A stretch of DNA of 54,415 nt from Sanchytrium tribonematis (Eukaryota): positions 1-54,415 of the forward strand of contig JADGIG010000012.1 of NCBI GenBank assembly GCA_018985235.1. Reading direction: 5' to 3'. Within the stretch, counting starts at the first letter, position 1; every line of letters starts with the position of its first letter. The notes under the pieces are model-generated. The model saw nothing but the letters and a program-made list of their open reading frames with translations. It ran no database searches and was not told the DNA's origin. The translations under genes were made by a program, and so were the position numbers. Positions 20,838 through 31,161 of this stretch are shown in pieces.

Positions 20838-21983
20838 ATGAAGTTGTCACTAATTCACCAAAATTGGAAAAGAAATGAGCCTTACGAGATCGAATACAAT
20901 TATAGGGATGGGCCACAATTAAATGAAAATTCAGTCGATCCACCGTGCAAACATGATGGAAATGGTGAAATAATTAAAATGAATGATAAAATATATTTGT
21001 GTACACTCAATTTAGTATTTGTAATTGCATCAGATCCTCAGACCAAGTTCATGGATCATTCTTTTATTGAGTATGAAAATTGCACAATTCTAAATGTTGA
21101 AAAGGAATTTGCGATCGTGATATTATCGGAATGCATAAATACTGTAACCAAGTGTAACCCAGAAAGATTCAATATGCTTGAATTGGATATTTTTGATCGT
21201 ATTCCAAAAAGAAAATACAATGATCAACTTTCAACGGACGAGGAATTTACAATCCGTCATACTAAATCTCGAATGACAGATGGCCGAATTCATCAGAAAA
21301 ATCAAATTTATTCATTTAACGATACCATCGAGAACGGTAGGTTACTGAGCGATGAGCAATGGTCAACTCCGGATCTTGAAATAGATCACATTTTGTCGAG
21401 GTCAAAATGTGCCAATTCGCAAATTGAGGATAATTGGGATGACTTTGACCCAAACGATATTATCAAATCGCGAGATATTACTAAAACTCAAGAGATTACA
21501 ACCACTTTATTATCAGAAAATTGGGACAATTTTGAGGAAGACACGGGACTCAAAACTGCACACATTGAGCAATTTGCTCATTCTATAGCCTCAGCGGAAC
21601 TAAAAACAAAACAGGTTAAACACACACCAGAAGATCAATGGGATGATTTTGATGTCAATGAGGTTTTAACGAATATCGACAATTCAAAAACGGAAGACAA
21701 GTCGAAAAATTTTAAGCTTAAATTGGGCAAAACTCAATCAAACGATGATTCTTGGGCTGACTTTGACAATGATGATCTTTTAAATACAGTTCAGCAGTCG
21801 GAAATCAAAGAGTCAAATAAGTCAAAGATGGATCATTCTTTACCCGGTACAAATTTAAATTTTAACATGCCGAAATTCGAGAATATTAAGGAGAATCCTT
21901 TGCCACAAACTAAAATGTTCGATTTACAAGGTGAACAACCAACTCCTCCTTTTGATTGGAGGAATTTAGATCTTGATTTTTAA
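20838..21983 (+). CDS. Hypothetical protein with repeated acidic WxxF motifs
   Basis: DNWDDFD, ENWDNFE, DQWDDFD, DSWADFD in a disordered C-terminal half. Confidence 0.7.
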   Translation: MKLSLIHQNWKRNEPYEIEYNYRDGPQLNENSVDPPCKHDGNGEIIKMNDKIYLCTLNLVFVIASDPQTKFMDHSFIEYENCTILNVEKEFAIVILSECINTVTKCNPERFNMLELDIFDRIPKRKYNDQLSTDEEFTIRHTKSRMTDGRIHQKNQIYSFNDTIENGRLLSDEQWSTPDLEIDHILSRSKCANSQIEDNWDDFDPNDIIKSRDITKTQEITTTLLSENWDNFEEDTGLKTAHIEQFAHSIASAELKTKQVKHTPEDQWDDFDVNEVLTNIDNSKTEDKSKNFKLKLGKTQSNDDSWADFDNDDLLNTVQQSEIKESNKSKMDHSLPGTNLNFNMPKFENIKENPLPQTKMFDLQGEQPTPPFDWRNLDLDF

Positions 21984-21999
21984 TCCCAAATTATAAAAC

Positions 22000-22671
22000 A
22001 TGCCAAGACTTCCAATCGAATTGATAGAATACATTTCTGCGTTTCATTTTTCAACTAGCTATTCTCTAGGATTTAAAGTCATGGCAACGAAAATAAGAAA
22101 ATACGATCCAATTTACATGGACATCAAAACTTATGGTGATAATAATGAAGTAAGAAATTTTACTTTGGAATGGAGTCATGAATGGATATTAACCAATGAG
22201 CAATTTAAACTACATTCATATTCAATCGACGCGATTGTTGCGAAAATTAATCCAGGTTTATGCCACAGAATAAGGTACTTTATCCGTGACAGTAATCATT
22301 TTCAGATAGAGCTTTTTTCTGGCTATATATGTCCGAACAAAGATTTGTCCTCTAGTCTATATTTAATGATTTATCATTTCTTGACTGTTGACGGTTTGAA
22401 AGTTGTGAAACCTGAATTTTGGCTTAAAGCAAAATATATCACTAATAGAGCAGTGGATCACATTTGGGTATTGGACGGCGATGAACTTGTTCTTGTGAAA
22501 AGGTTTGTAAAGTATGGCGTCATTTTAAATTACTTGTATAAAACGGAACATATTGCCAATATAGCTAACGGATATTTTAATATTCTCAGACAATTTGATG
22601 ACTCTTTTATCGAAGTCAAGACCAAGGGCTACCAGGACATCTATTATTTATTGAGTAAAACTAAGATTTGA
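22000..22671 (+). CDS. Hypothetical protein with F-box-like N-terminus
   Basis: MPRLPIELIEYISAF. Confidence 0.55.
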   Translation: MPRLPIELIEYISAFHFSTSYSLGFKVMATKIRKYDPIYMDIKTYGDNNEVRNFTLEWSHEWILTNEQFKLHSYSIDAIVAKINPGLCHRIRYFIRDSNHFQIELFSGYICPNKDLSSSLYLMIYHFLTVDGLKVVKPEFWLKAKYITNRAVDHIWVLDGDELVLVKRFVKYGVILNYLYKTEHIANIANGYFNILRQFDDSFIEVKTKGYQDIYYLLSKTKI

Positions 22672-22900
22672 AGTCTGTCCGAACTTCTTTGCATCCTTCT
22701 TTCATAAAACCGAGCCTCTGCTTAATGGTTTGCATATCTTTTACTGTGTCAGACAACATTGATGTAACGAATGGATCACTTTGCTGTTGGGAAATGCCTT
22801 CATATCTTTGAGCTTTTTGAGACAATTTAGCTACATTAGTATCAATCTCTTTAATTTTGCTAGCTATAAATTGCGAAGGATCACTATGGTTGACGCTCAT
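22661..22900 (-). CDS. Small coiled-coil protein (79 aa)
   Basis: MSVNHSD...IASKIKEIDTNVAKLSQ...VKDMQTIKQRL; fits the gap if CWC22 starts at 22952, with CTCCTT (22927-22932) between the two ATGs. Confidence 0.5.
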   Translation of the reverse strand: MSVNHSDPSQFIASKIKEIDTNVAKLSQKAQRYEGISQQQSDPFVTSMLSDTVKDMQTIKQRLGFMKEGCKEVRTDFKS

Positions 22901-22951
22901 GAAATAATGAATCTGTTCAAACAATCCTCCTTTAAACAACTTGCCAATTTT

Positions 22952-24496
22952 ATGTCCTATATTCCACCAATTAGAAATACAAGAACAATTTCCGATGATC
23001 CGAAAAGTGAAGAATATCAAAGATATCATTGGGAAAAATTGAAGAAGTCCCTTAATGGTCAAATTAACAAATTAAATAGTAAAAATATAACGGAAATTGT
23101 TCCAGAAATCATTCAATTAAATCTGGTTAGAGGTGCAGGAATATTTTGCAGAAGCATTATGAAATCACAACAGCTCTCTTCTTTATTTACTTCTGTGTAT
23201 TGTTGCTGTGTAGCTATTTTGAATACTAAATTTCCAAGCTTGGGTGAGTTGCTGGTTCAAAGACTTGTCGATCAATTTAAAAAGTCCTTCAGAAGGCAGC
23301 AAAAACAATTATGTATGGATACAACTACTTTTTTGGCACATCTCACCAATCAATTTGTAGTGCATGAGCTTTTGATTCTTCAAATTTTATTTTTGTTGTT
23401 AGAAAATCCTACAGATGATTCTATAGAATTAGCTGTCAATTTAACAAAGCAAGTCGGACAGCATCTTTTAGACAGCTCTCCTAAAGCGTTAAATGCCGTT
23501 TTTGACCGTTTAAGAGGTCTCTTACATAATACAGAAATACATTTAAGGACTCAATACATGGTGGAAGTCTTATTTCAAATAAGAAAAGATGGATTTAAGG
23601 ATTATCCTCAGATTCGAGATGAATTAGATTTAGTGGAAGAAGACGATCAAGTCACACATTCCGTGACACTTGAGGACAAACTCGATACTCAGGAACTACT
23701 CAACGTTTTTAAGTACGATGAGAATTATGTCGGAAATGAAATGAAGTATGACCAAATTCGTACGGAAATATTGGGCGAACCAACGAGTGATGAGGAATCG
23801 GAAAATTTATCTGAGCCTGAACAAGCTGAAGTAGAAGTGATTGACAAGTCTGGGAAGGACTTGATTGATTTGAGGAAAAGAGTATACCTTACATTGAAGT
23901 CTAGTTTGAGTTTTGAAGAATGTACCCACAAACTTATAAAACTCAATATTCCAGAAAAATTTAAACCTGAGTTGCCAATAATGTTGCTTGATTGTTGCGG
24001 TGACGAGAGAACATTCAACAATTTCTATGCTCTCATAGGAGAAAGACTTTGTAGGTTGAATCCGTATTGGACTGAGGTTTTTGAAAATTATTTTGCTACA
24101 CTTTGGGATTCTGTTGACGACAAAGAAACTGGCACCATTCGTAATATAGGATCATTCTACTCGCATTTATTAGTAACAAAAGCAATTAAGATGACAATTT
24201 TCAAGATTGTTTATTTAAGCGAGCGAAAGACAACATCTTCGTCCAGAATATTATTAAAATTTATTTTGCAGGAAATGAGTACTGTTTTAGGGCAATCCAA
24301 AATGAAAGATTTGTTTTTTGCTGAAGATAATTTGGAAAATTTGAAAGGAATTTTTGCTAAAAAGAGAGTTTCTGATGCTCGTTTTGCTGTTAATTATTTA
24401 ACTTCAATCAAGTTAGGATACCTAACTGATGATCTTCGCCTATGGATAAAAGGCGAAGATTCTGAGGGTCCACCTTCAAAGAAAATAAAAAATTGA
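22952..24496 (+). CDS. CWC22: Pre-mRNA splicing factor CWC22 (MIF4G + MA3)
   Basis: YIPP, EYQRYHWEKLKKSLNGQINK, LLENPTDDSIE, TTSSSRI, RFAVNYLTSIKLG. Confidence 0.95.
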   Translation: MSYIPPIRNTRTISDDPKSEEYQRYHWEKLKKSLNGQINKLNSKNITEIVPEIIQLNLVRGAGIFCRSIMKSQQLSSLFTSVYCCCVAILNTKFPSLGELLVQRLVDQFKKSFRRQQKQLCMDTTTFLAHLTNQFVVHELLILQILFLLLENPTDDSIELAVNLTKQVGQHLLDSSPKALNAVFDRLRGLLHNTEIHLRTQYMVEVLFQIRKDGFKDYPQIRDELDLVEEDDQVTHSVTLEDKLDTQELLNVFKYDENYVGNEMKYDQIRTEILGEPTSDEESENLSEPEQAEVEVIDKSGKDLIDLRKRVYLTLKSSLSFEECTHKLIKLNIPEKFKPELPIMLLDCCGDERTFNNFYALIGERLCRLNPYWTEVFENYFATLWDSVDDKETGTIRNIGSFYSHLLVTKAIKMTIFKIVYLSERKTTSSSRILLKFILQEMSTVLGQSKMKDLFFAEDNLENLKGIFAKKRVSDARFAVNYLTSIKLGYLTDDLRLWIKGEDSEGPPSKKIKN

Positions 24497-24578
24497 TCTT
24501 AAGGGCTTTACATATTTTCTAAATTTATCGAAGATCTCTGGTAAATTTATTTTGATCTGCGGTGGCTAAGTCACAAAA

Positions 24579-25202
24579 ATGATTTGTAGTTGGAAGAACT
24601 GCGGAAAATCCATCGAACTTAAGGAAGACTTCATATTACATGTGAAAGAACACGGCGAGAAGTCAGAAAATAATCGTTGTTTATGGAAAGCGTGTTCTAT
24701 AAAGCGCGAGTCCAAAAATGGTTTACTGAGTCATATCGATGTTCATTTCGACTTCCCGTTATTCAATTGCCCTCATTGTGATACGGGATTTAAAAGAATT
24801 CACGATTTGAAGCGTCATATTCAGGCTAAAAGATGCCAAGTTCTAAAAATGAAAAAGAAAGAGGATCGGAAGCAATTGATGTCGCCTAGAACTAGTGAAG
24901 AAAACGTTTTGGAAAACATTCCTGAGTCTCCTTCCTTGGATATGAAAATTCTCAGTGACCGCAGTTCGAAAAATGTGATTGCAAGCAAAAGAATTAGAAA
25001 TACCACCGTCTCAATCAGAAAGAAGCAGCGACATGGCTCTTCACAAATGCCAACAACAATGTCATTGAATAAGGATGTTAAAAGATCAAAGGGAGATCTT
25101 TACATTAATAGCCCACCAGAATTCATCAATGTCCCTGCATTATCACTCATTAGTTCATTACTCCAACAGGAATTGTTAAAATTGGAGGGCGAAACCCAAT
25201 AA
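24579..25202 (+). CDS. C2H2 zinc-finger protein (3 fingers)
   Basis: CSWKNC..H..EH; CLWKAC..H..VH; CPHCDTGFKRIHDLKRH. Confidence 0.88.
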   Translation: MICSWKNCGKSIELKEDFILHVKEHGEKSENNRCLWKACSIKRESKNGLLSHIDVHFDFPLFNCPHCDTGFKRIHDLKRHIQAKRCQVLKMKKKEDRKQLMSPRTSEENVLENIPESPSLDMKILSDRSSKNVIASKRIRNTTVSIRKKQRHGSSQMPTTMSLNKDVKRSKGDLYINSPPEFINVPALSLISSLLQQELLKLEGETQ

Positions 25203-25508
25203 ATTTTAATTCTGAATGCTTTTATCATTTTTATAAAAAATTAACTCATTTCAAGCCACTGCAGTCAAGCCACATATTTCAAAGAATACAGCCGCATTTG
25301 GTCCGTAGGATTTCTGTATATAATGAAGTAATTCTTAATAAAGAGGTTTCGGCTTGCATAATTGAAACACCACTTTCACTAAGTGCATTTATTTTGAGAT
25401 TTAGTATTTGGATTCAGCAATTAATATTAATTTTCAATTTGAAACCAGTTTGAAAGCATAAACTGAACAATTTTCTCAGGAAATAAATTTTGAAACTTGT
25501 CATTTGGG

Positions 25509-26600
25509 ATGGATGCCAAGCCTAAAATTGCTTTTTACATTTCTCCACATGGTTTCGGACATGCAGCTAGAAGTGTTCCGGTAGTTGAAGCTTTAAAAGA
25601 GCATTTTGACATTCATATATGTGCGGGATCTCATCACAAAGAATTTTTCCCATCTTTTGATTTCAGAATTATCGATCATTGCCACACAGTTGTCCAGGAT
25701 GATGCTTTTAGCATTAACGTAGAAAAAACACTTTGTATGCTGCATGCAGAATTTAGTAATTGGGCTTCATTTACAGAGCTAGAGAGATTATTTTTGAGCG
25801 AAATTCAGCCCAAATTTGTAATTAGTGATGCTGAATTTATACCACTGGCTGCTGCACAAATCCTTGAGGTCCCTTCTTTCGTTTTTTCGAATTTCAGTTG
25901 GGACTTGATTTACGAGTCATTTGATTCTGTGGAAGTTGATAAACACAAGCAAATTATTTTTGAAATGAAGAAAATATACTCATCTGCCCACACTGTATTT
26001 GAATACCAGGGCCGGTTGTCTAGTCTGCATACTTCAAAAATTGATATTCCACTATTTGGAAGAATATCTGATGCTAGCAAATCGGACTTGACAAAAAATG
26101 TTGAACATTTAACCAAAAAGTGGGTATTGTGTATTTTTGGGGGCCACCAAGCAGACACATTAGTGAAAAGATTGACACGCATTAATATTCCAGATAATTA
26201 CATTGTTTTTATGTCTTTTAATGAAGTCACTGGTACAAAACTTCTCAACAATTGTTTTGCTGTAAATAACAGAGATCATATACTAGACTACATTAGCGCT
26301 AGTGATGTAATTGTAAGCAAATTGGGATATGGAATTGTTTCTGAAGTGCTTTTGCATGGAAAGCCATTAATATATGTAAAAAGAAATCCTCCATTTGTAG
26401 AGGAAGAGTCGCTTGAAAAAATGCTTCACAATAGAGGTACTGCTCTTGAAATATCTAAATACGACTTCTTGAATGGTAATTGGCAAATAAAAGAATCTCA
26501 CAATACACTAAGTAGTTTCTCACCACGCTCCAATGAAGGTGTTAGAATCATTGTGAATTCGGTCCTTCAAATTTACCAAGATATCGAAAGAAGAAAATAA
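25509..26600 (+). CDS. GT-B glycosyltransferase-like protein (L-arabinokinase N-terminal-like family)
   Basis: YISPHGFGHAARS, SNFSWDLIY, DVIVSKLGYGIVSE, RNPPFVEE. Confidence 0.75.
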   Translation: MDAKPKIAFYISPHGFGHAARSVPVVEALKEHFDIHICAGSHHKEFFPSFDFRIIDHCHTVVQDDAFSINVEKTLCMLHAEFSNWASFTELERLFLSEIQPKFVISDAEFIPLAAAQILEVPSFVFSNFSWDLIYESFDSVEVDKHKQIIFEMKKIYSSAHTVFEYQGRLSSLHTSKIDIPLFGRISDASKSDLTKNVEHLTKKWVLCIFGGHQADTLVKRLTRINIPDNYIVFMSFNEVTGTKLLNNCFAVNNRDHILDYISASDVIVSKLGYGIVSEVLLHGKPLIYVKRNPPFVEEESLEKMLHNRGTALEISKYDFLNGNWQIKESHNTLSSFSPRSNEGVRIIVNSVLQIYQDIERRK

Positions 26601-26656
26601 TAAAAATTTTATCTGGTTTGTAAGAAGTCAAGATTTCATGGGGAGAAAATTAAAAC

Positions 26657-29600
26657 ATGACAAAATCAGTAGCAATTTTGCCTGGTGACGGCATTGGAAT
26701 TGAACTGATGGAGGAATTAAAGCCTTTTTTTGATGTTCTTGAGCTGAAATATGAAATTGGCGAAATTGGCGCTGCGCCATTTCACAAATCGGGAGACGGA
26801 TATCCGGCTAAGACTAGAGAGCTAGTTGCCAAAAGTGACGCTGTTCTACTTGGCGCAGTTGGAGATGGCGGTGAGGCTGGCCTTCTAGCACTTAGAAAGG
26901 ATTTGCAATGTTTTGGAAACTTAAGAATGATTCCAAAGATCAAGTATTTGCAGAAATTTTCTCCGATTAAGGATTTTAAAGTCGACTACATGCTTATGGT
27001 GAGAGAACTTTGCAGCGGTATCTACTTTGGAGAGCACAATATATCGGACAACGAGGCAAGTGATGTTATGAAATATACCAAAGAAGATGTCACAAGAATT
27101 GCAATGTTGGCTGGGAAAATTGCCCAGCAGGAGAATCAAAAGATCATAATTGTTGATAAAGCTAATGTTTTAGCATCGTCAAAATTTTTCAGACAAGTCG
27201 CGACTGATTGCATTAAGAGCAATTTTACCAATGTTGATATAGAATACTGTCTTGTAGATGCAGCTGCCATGCATTTAATTAAGAACACATCGAAAATGGA
27301 GGGCGTCGTTCTAACAACAAATTTATTTGGAGATATCCTTAGCGATGAAATGTCAGTACTTTGCGGTTCAATTGGATGCCTACCATCTGCTTCTGTATGT
27401 GGAGTACCACCATGCAAGGGCTTGTACGAGCCTATCCATGGATGTGCCCCTGATATTGCAGGGAAAGGTATATGTAACCCGATAGGCACGATTTTAAGCA
27501 TTGCGCTTATGTACCAATACACATTTGATGACTACTTGCTGTCGGACAAAGTTGAAAAAGCCACCGAATACATACTACAAAAAAATATGGTAACTGCCGA
27601 CCTTGGTGGAAATTGCAGTACAAAACAGGTTGTTACTGCATTTCTTGAGGTTTTCCAAAAAATGAGCAATATTCCTAGAATTATCAGCAACTCCAGGCCC
27701 TTAAATCTCACAGAAAAAATTCTCTTGCAGCATGCAATAGGAGAGGTAAATATTACACCCGGCGAAATCATTAATATTAAAGTGGACTGGACTTTAGCCA
27801 GCGAACTTACTTGGAAAGGTATGGAGAAAACGTACAATGTAATGAAAAGACCGCCTATTCATAGAAGTGATAGGTTTTGGCTTGCTATTGATCACACAGT
27901 CGATCCCTCAATCAATCACATGGAAAAACCGAAAGCATTGATTGAGGCAAGCACTAAATTTGCCGAAGAAGCGAAGCTTGTTGACTTTTATGGCCCAAAT
28001 CATACCATTTTACATACGGAATTTTTCCGAGAAAGAGCTCTACCTGGTCAAATCATCATCGGTGCTGATAGTCATTCTTGTTCATGTAATTTAAATTTAT
28101 TTAGCTGGTGGTCTAGGGAATTTTAGTGCTGGAATGGGAGCAGCAGACGTAGTTATGCCTTTGGTGACTGGTGAGACATGGCTCAAAGTACCAGAAGTTT
28201 TAGAAATCAGATTTGTTGGTACGCCTAATTTTGGTATTGGTGGTAAAGACGTTATTCTTTATGTATTAGGCCAACTAAAACGAAACACCGTTGCTCACGA
28301 AAGATGCGTGGAATACACAGGTGAAGGACTTAAATATTTGAGTTGTGATGCAAGATTTGCAATTGCTAATATGACCACTGAATTTGGAGGAATTGCAGCT
28401 TGTGTTTCCCCAGATGAGGTGACATACCAATACATTGAAAAGAGAAGTAATAAGAAATTTCGAAACCAGGATGCCTTATACATGAAGCCAGACTCAAATT
28501 GTACTTATGCTGAGTCATTTACAATTGACTTAGCTAAAGTAGAGTCCTTAGTTGCTCTTTTCCCTTCTCCTGATAATGTGGTGACCGCTAGTTCAAAAGA
28601 GGGAATGAAATTAGATGGACTTTTTATTGGAGCTTGTACAACTGGTGAAGAAGATCTTATCCTTGGAGCCTTGGTTTTGGAAGCTGCTTTGAATATGAAG
28701 GTGAATATCAAAAAAGGAAAGAAAAAGGTTACACCTGGAAGTGTGCCAATTTTAGCGAAATTGCGAAAATTAGGTCTTATTGACATTTATGAAAAAGCCG
28801 GCTTCGAAATTGGCAGCCCTGGCTGCAGCTATTGCTTAGGTATAGCTGCAGATAAAGCTGGGGATGGGGAGGTGTGGCTTTCTTCTCAAAATAGAAACTT
28901 TAGAAACCGGATGGGAAAGGGAAGTATTGCCAACCTTGCTAGTGCTGCCACAGTTGCTGCATCATCCTTGTTCATGCAAGTCACAGATCCCAAACCGTAT
29001 CTGGAAGCTATTGATAAGAACAAATTTCATAAACTTATGAAAGAATGGACAGAACAATTGCCTACAAAGTTACCTTGGAAAGACCCAAATCCCGAAATTG
29101 TCTTTGATGAAGCTGTAGATCTTGACGACATTTCTCCAACAACTAAACCTTGGATAATCAAATCAAAAGTACAAAGGTTCGGTGATCATATTGACACTGA
29201 TGCAATTATTCCTGCTGAATTCATGCCTGGTAAAGATGATCTTGATCTAGGTACCCATTGTTTTGAATATGTGAGACCGGAATTTAGACAAAAAGCGAAA
29301 GAAGGATTTCAAATAGTAGTCGGTGGATATGGTTTTGGTTCAGGCAGCAGTAGAGAAGAGGCACCGCGTTCTTTAAATGGATCCGGAATACAAGCGGTCA
29401 TTGCAAGAAGTTACGCTTTTATTTACGCCAGAAACCAACCAAATATGGCACTTCTTGGAATCACTTTGGATGACGAAGAATTTTACAAAAACGTTGAAGA
29501 AGGTGCCGAAATTGAAATAGATGTGCCTCAAAGAAAAATTTTGGTTCACAGATATTCTCAAACTTCTTCAGCAAACTCCCCACCTCATATTTGGAGTTTT

Positions 29601-29819
29601 AAACTGAGTCAAATTGAGGAATCATTACTTAAAGGTGGCGGGGTCACTCAGCTTTACCAAGATTACGGAAACAACATGTTTCGTGCGGCCATGACTGGAT
29701 TAAAGATGAAAAAATGTCCTCCTGAGCAGTTCCTCAATCAAGATCCCTTGGAAGTCGGAAAACAGAACAGAAAAGACGTCAAAGGTAGTTGTGACACAAA
29801 AGAAACATTAAATTGGTAA
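26657..29819 (+). CDS. Triple fusion: isopropylmalate dehydrogenase (LeuB/Leu2-like) + aconitase-family isomerase large (LeuC) + small (LeuD) subunit; 2 exons, 1047 aa
   Basis: LPGDGIG, VRELCSGIYFG, DKANVL, NLFGDILSD, EPIHGCAPDIAG; then GADSH|, GACTTG, PGCSYC, NRNFRNRMG; then IDTDAIIP, GSGSSREEAP. Confidence 0.9.
28086..28104 (+). other. 19-nt spliceosomal intron (phase 1)
   Basis: GTAATTTAAATTTATTTAG; removal restores GADSHSCSSGGLGNFSAGMGAAD. Confidence 0.93.
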
Positions 29820-29829
29820 TAAAATATAT

Positions 29830-30597
29830 TTAGTAGTGATTGGGTTGTTTTTTGTACTCTTCTGGAATATCGCAACCAAGAGAAGGCGACCAGGACAGCT
29901 GTATCTCTCTCTTTGTTGAGCACTGAATAGTATTCTTGCCTTTCTCGGGATCATCTGCGTCTCTTTTCTTTCTGTTCAGGTGCTCTTTTGGAAGCGGAAT
30001 AATTGTGCCAGACTTTGCCGCAACTCTTTTCCAACTAATGTTTTTAGATTGGGGAAATTTATAAGAGTCAAGCACCTCGCGGTCTACTAACTTCCAAGAC
30101 ACTTTCGAAGGAATTTGAGTTGATGGATCTATCAATTGCACATTAGAGTAGTGTATCCAGTTATGCATTTCAATGGTTTGACCTTGCATTAAAAAATTAT
30201 TCGGAATTCTTTTGTTAATTTTGTAAATACCTTCAACTTTGATCATATTTCTATTACGATCAACTTCAAGCACTTTTCCCTGTCTTTTATCTTCTGGTAA
30301 CCTCACACTAGAGTCACCAAAAACTAATTTTCCAGAGACAACTTGAACAAGATCGCCAACATAAATCTTCCAAGAATCGGCTTTGATAAGATCTTTTCGA
30401 GATACCTTAATCTTCCCATTTTTCTCAATATATCTAGCTGTGATTTTTCCTGTTTTCCTCTCATAGTTTGGATCACCTCGTGCTTTTGCGAAATCTTGTC
30501 TTGGCACATTCATCAAAGGAAACTTCTTCGGCATTGGCACGCCTAATTTAAATCCGTATGATTTAACACTGCGTACAACATTACGAAATTTCATCAA
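29830..30597 (-). CDS. MRPL24: Mitochondrial ribosomal protein uL24m (KOW)
   Basis: WKIYVGDLVQVVSGK...KRQGKV...IKVEG, IHYSNVQLIDP. Confidence 0.85.
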   Translation of the reverse strand: MMKFRNVVRSVKSYGFKLGVPMPKKFPLMNVPRQDFAKARGDPNYERKTGKITARYIEKNGKIKVSRKDLIKADSWKIYVGDLVQVVSGKLVFGDSSVRLPEDKRQGKVLEVDRNRNMIKVEGIYKINKRIPNNFLMQGQTIEMHNWIHYSNVQLIDPSTQIPSKVSWKLVDREVLDSYKFPQSKNISWKRVAAKSGTIIPLPKEHLNRKKRDADDPEKGKNTIQCSTKREIQLSWSPSLGCDIPEEYKKQPNHY

Positions 30598-31161
30598 AAA
30601 TCAAGGAGACAATTTGGAGGAATTATTTATCCAAGACTTATTTTTGATTTCTTTAAAAATTACTTATACATACATATTTACATGGCAAATTATCTGAAGT
30701 AAGCACCTTATGAAAATGACATTTATCTCAGCTAAAAGATTGAATTTGTAAGTTTAAACTCATTACGAGTCTCATATCTCCATAAGCACCTTGATGGCCA
30801 CGATGATATTGGTCTCGCTAGGATTTAGTTATTGAGCAAAATACTATCAATTAGATAGGCGATTTAATAAACTAACGGTACTTCTGGTATAATCTCACAT
30901 TTAAAGATGGACGCGGTAAACAAGATGCCAATAGATAAACCAGTTAACAATATCATAATAGTAAATTCATTTGGCAAATCTTTTGTATTTTTTTAAATTT
31001 ATTGATCAATCCTCAATTCCTACATTACGTATAAAAATATGACCAAAATTGAATGGAATATTTTTCTTCTACTTTTTTCAAAAATTTGCAAGATTATTCA
31101 AGGATAGAAATATAAAATTAGATTTACAGGATAATTTCCATGTTTTGAAAAAAATGCAAAT

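Noticed and set aside
6801..26656. AGGAG upstream of ATGs read as Shine-Dalgarno sites, suggesting prokaryotic operons
   Set aside because: Genes are eukaryote-specific and spliced, and the motif occurs about as often in reverse orientation (CTCCT), which an SD site cannot
25251..30792. Short direct repeats TCAAGCCAC x2 (~25251-25273) and AAGCACCTT x2 (30701, 30784)
   Set aside because: Two 9-mers each; could be factor sites but not distinguishable from chance; not CRISPR or tandem arrays
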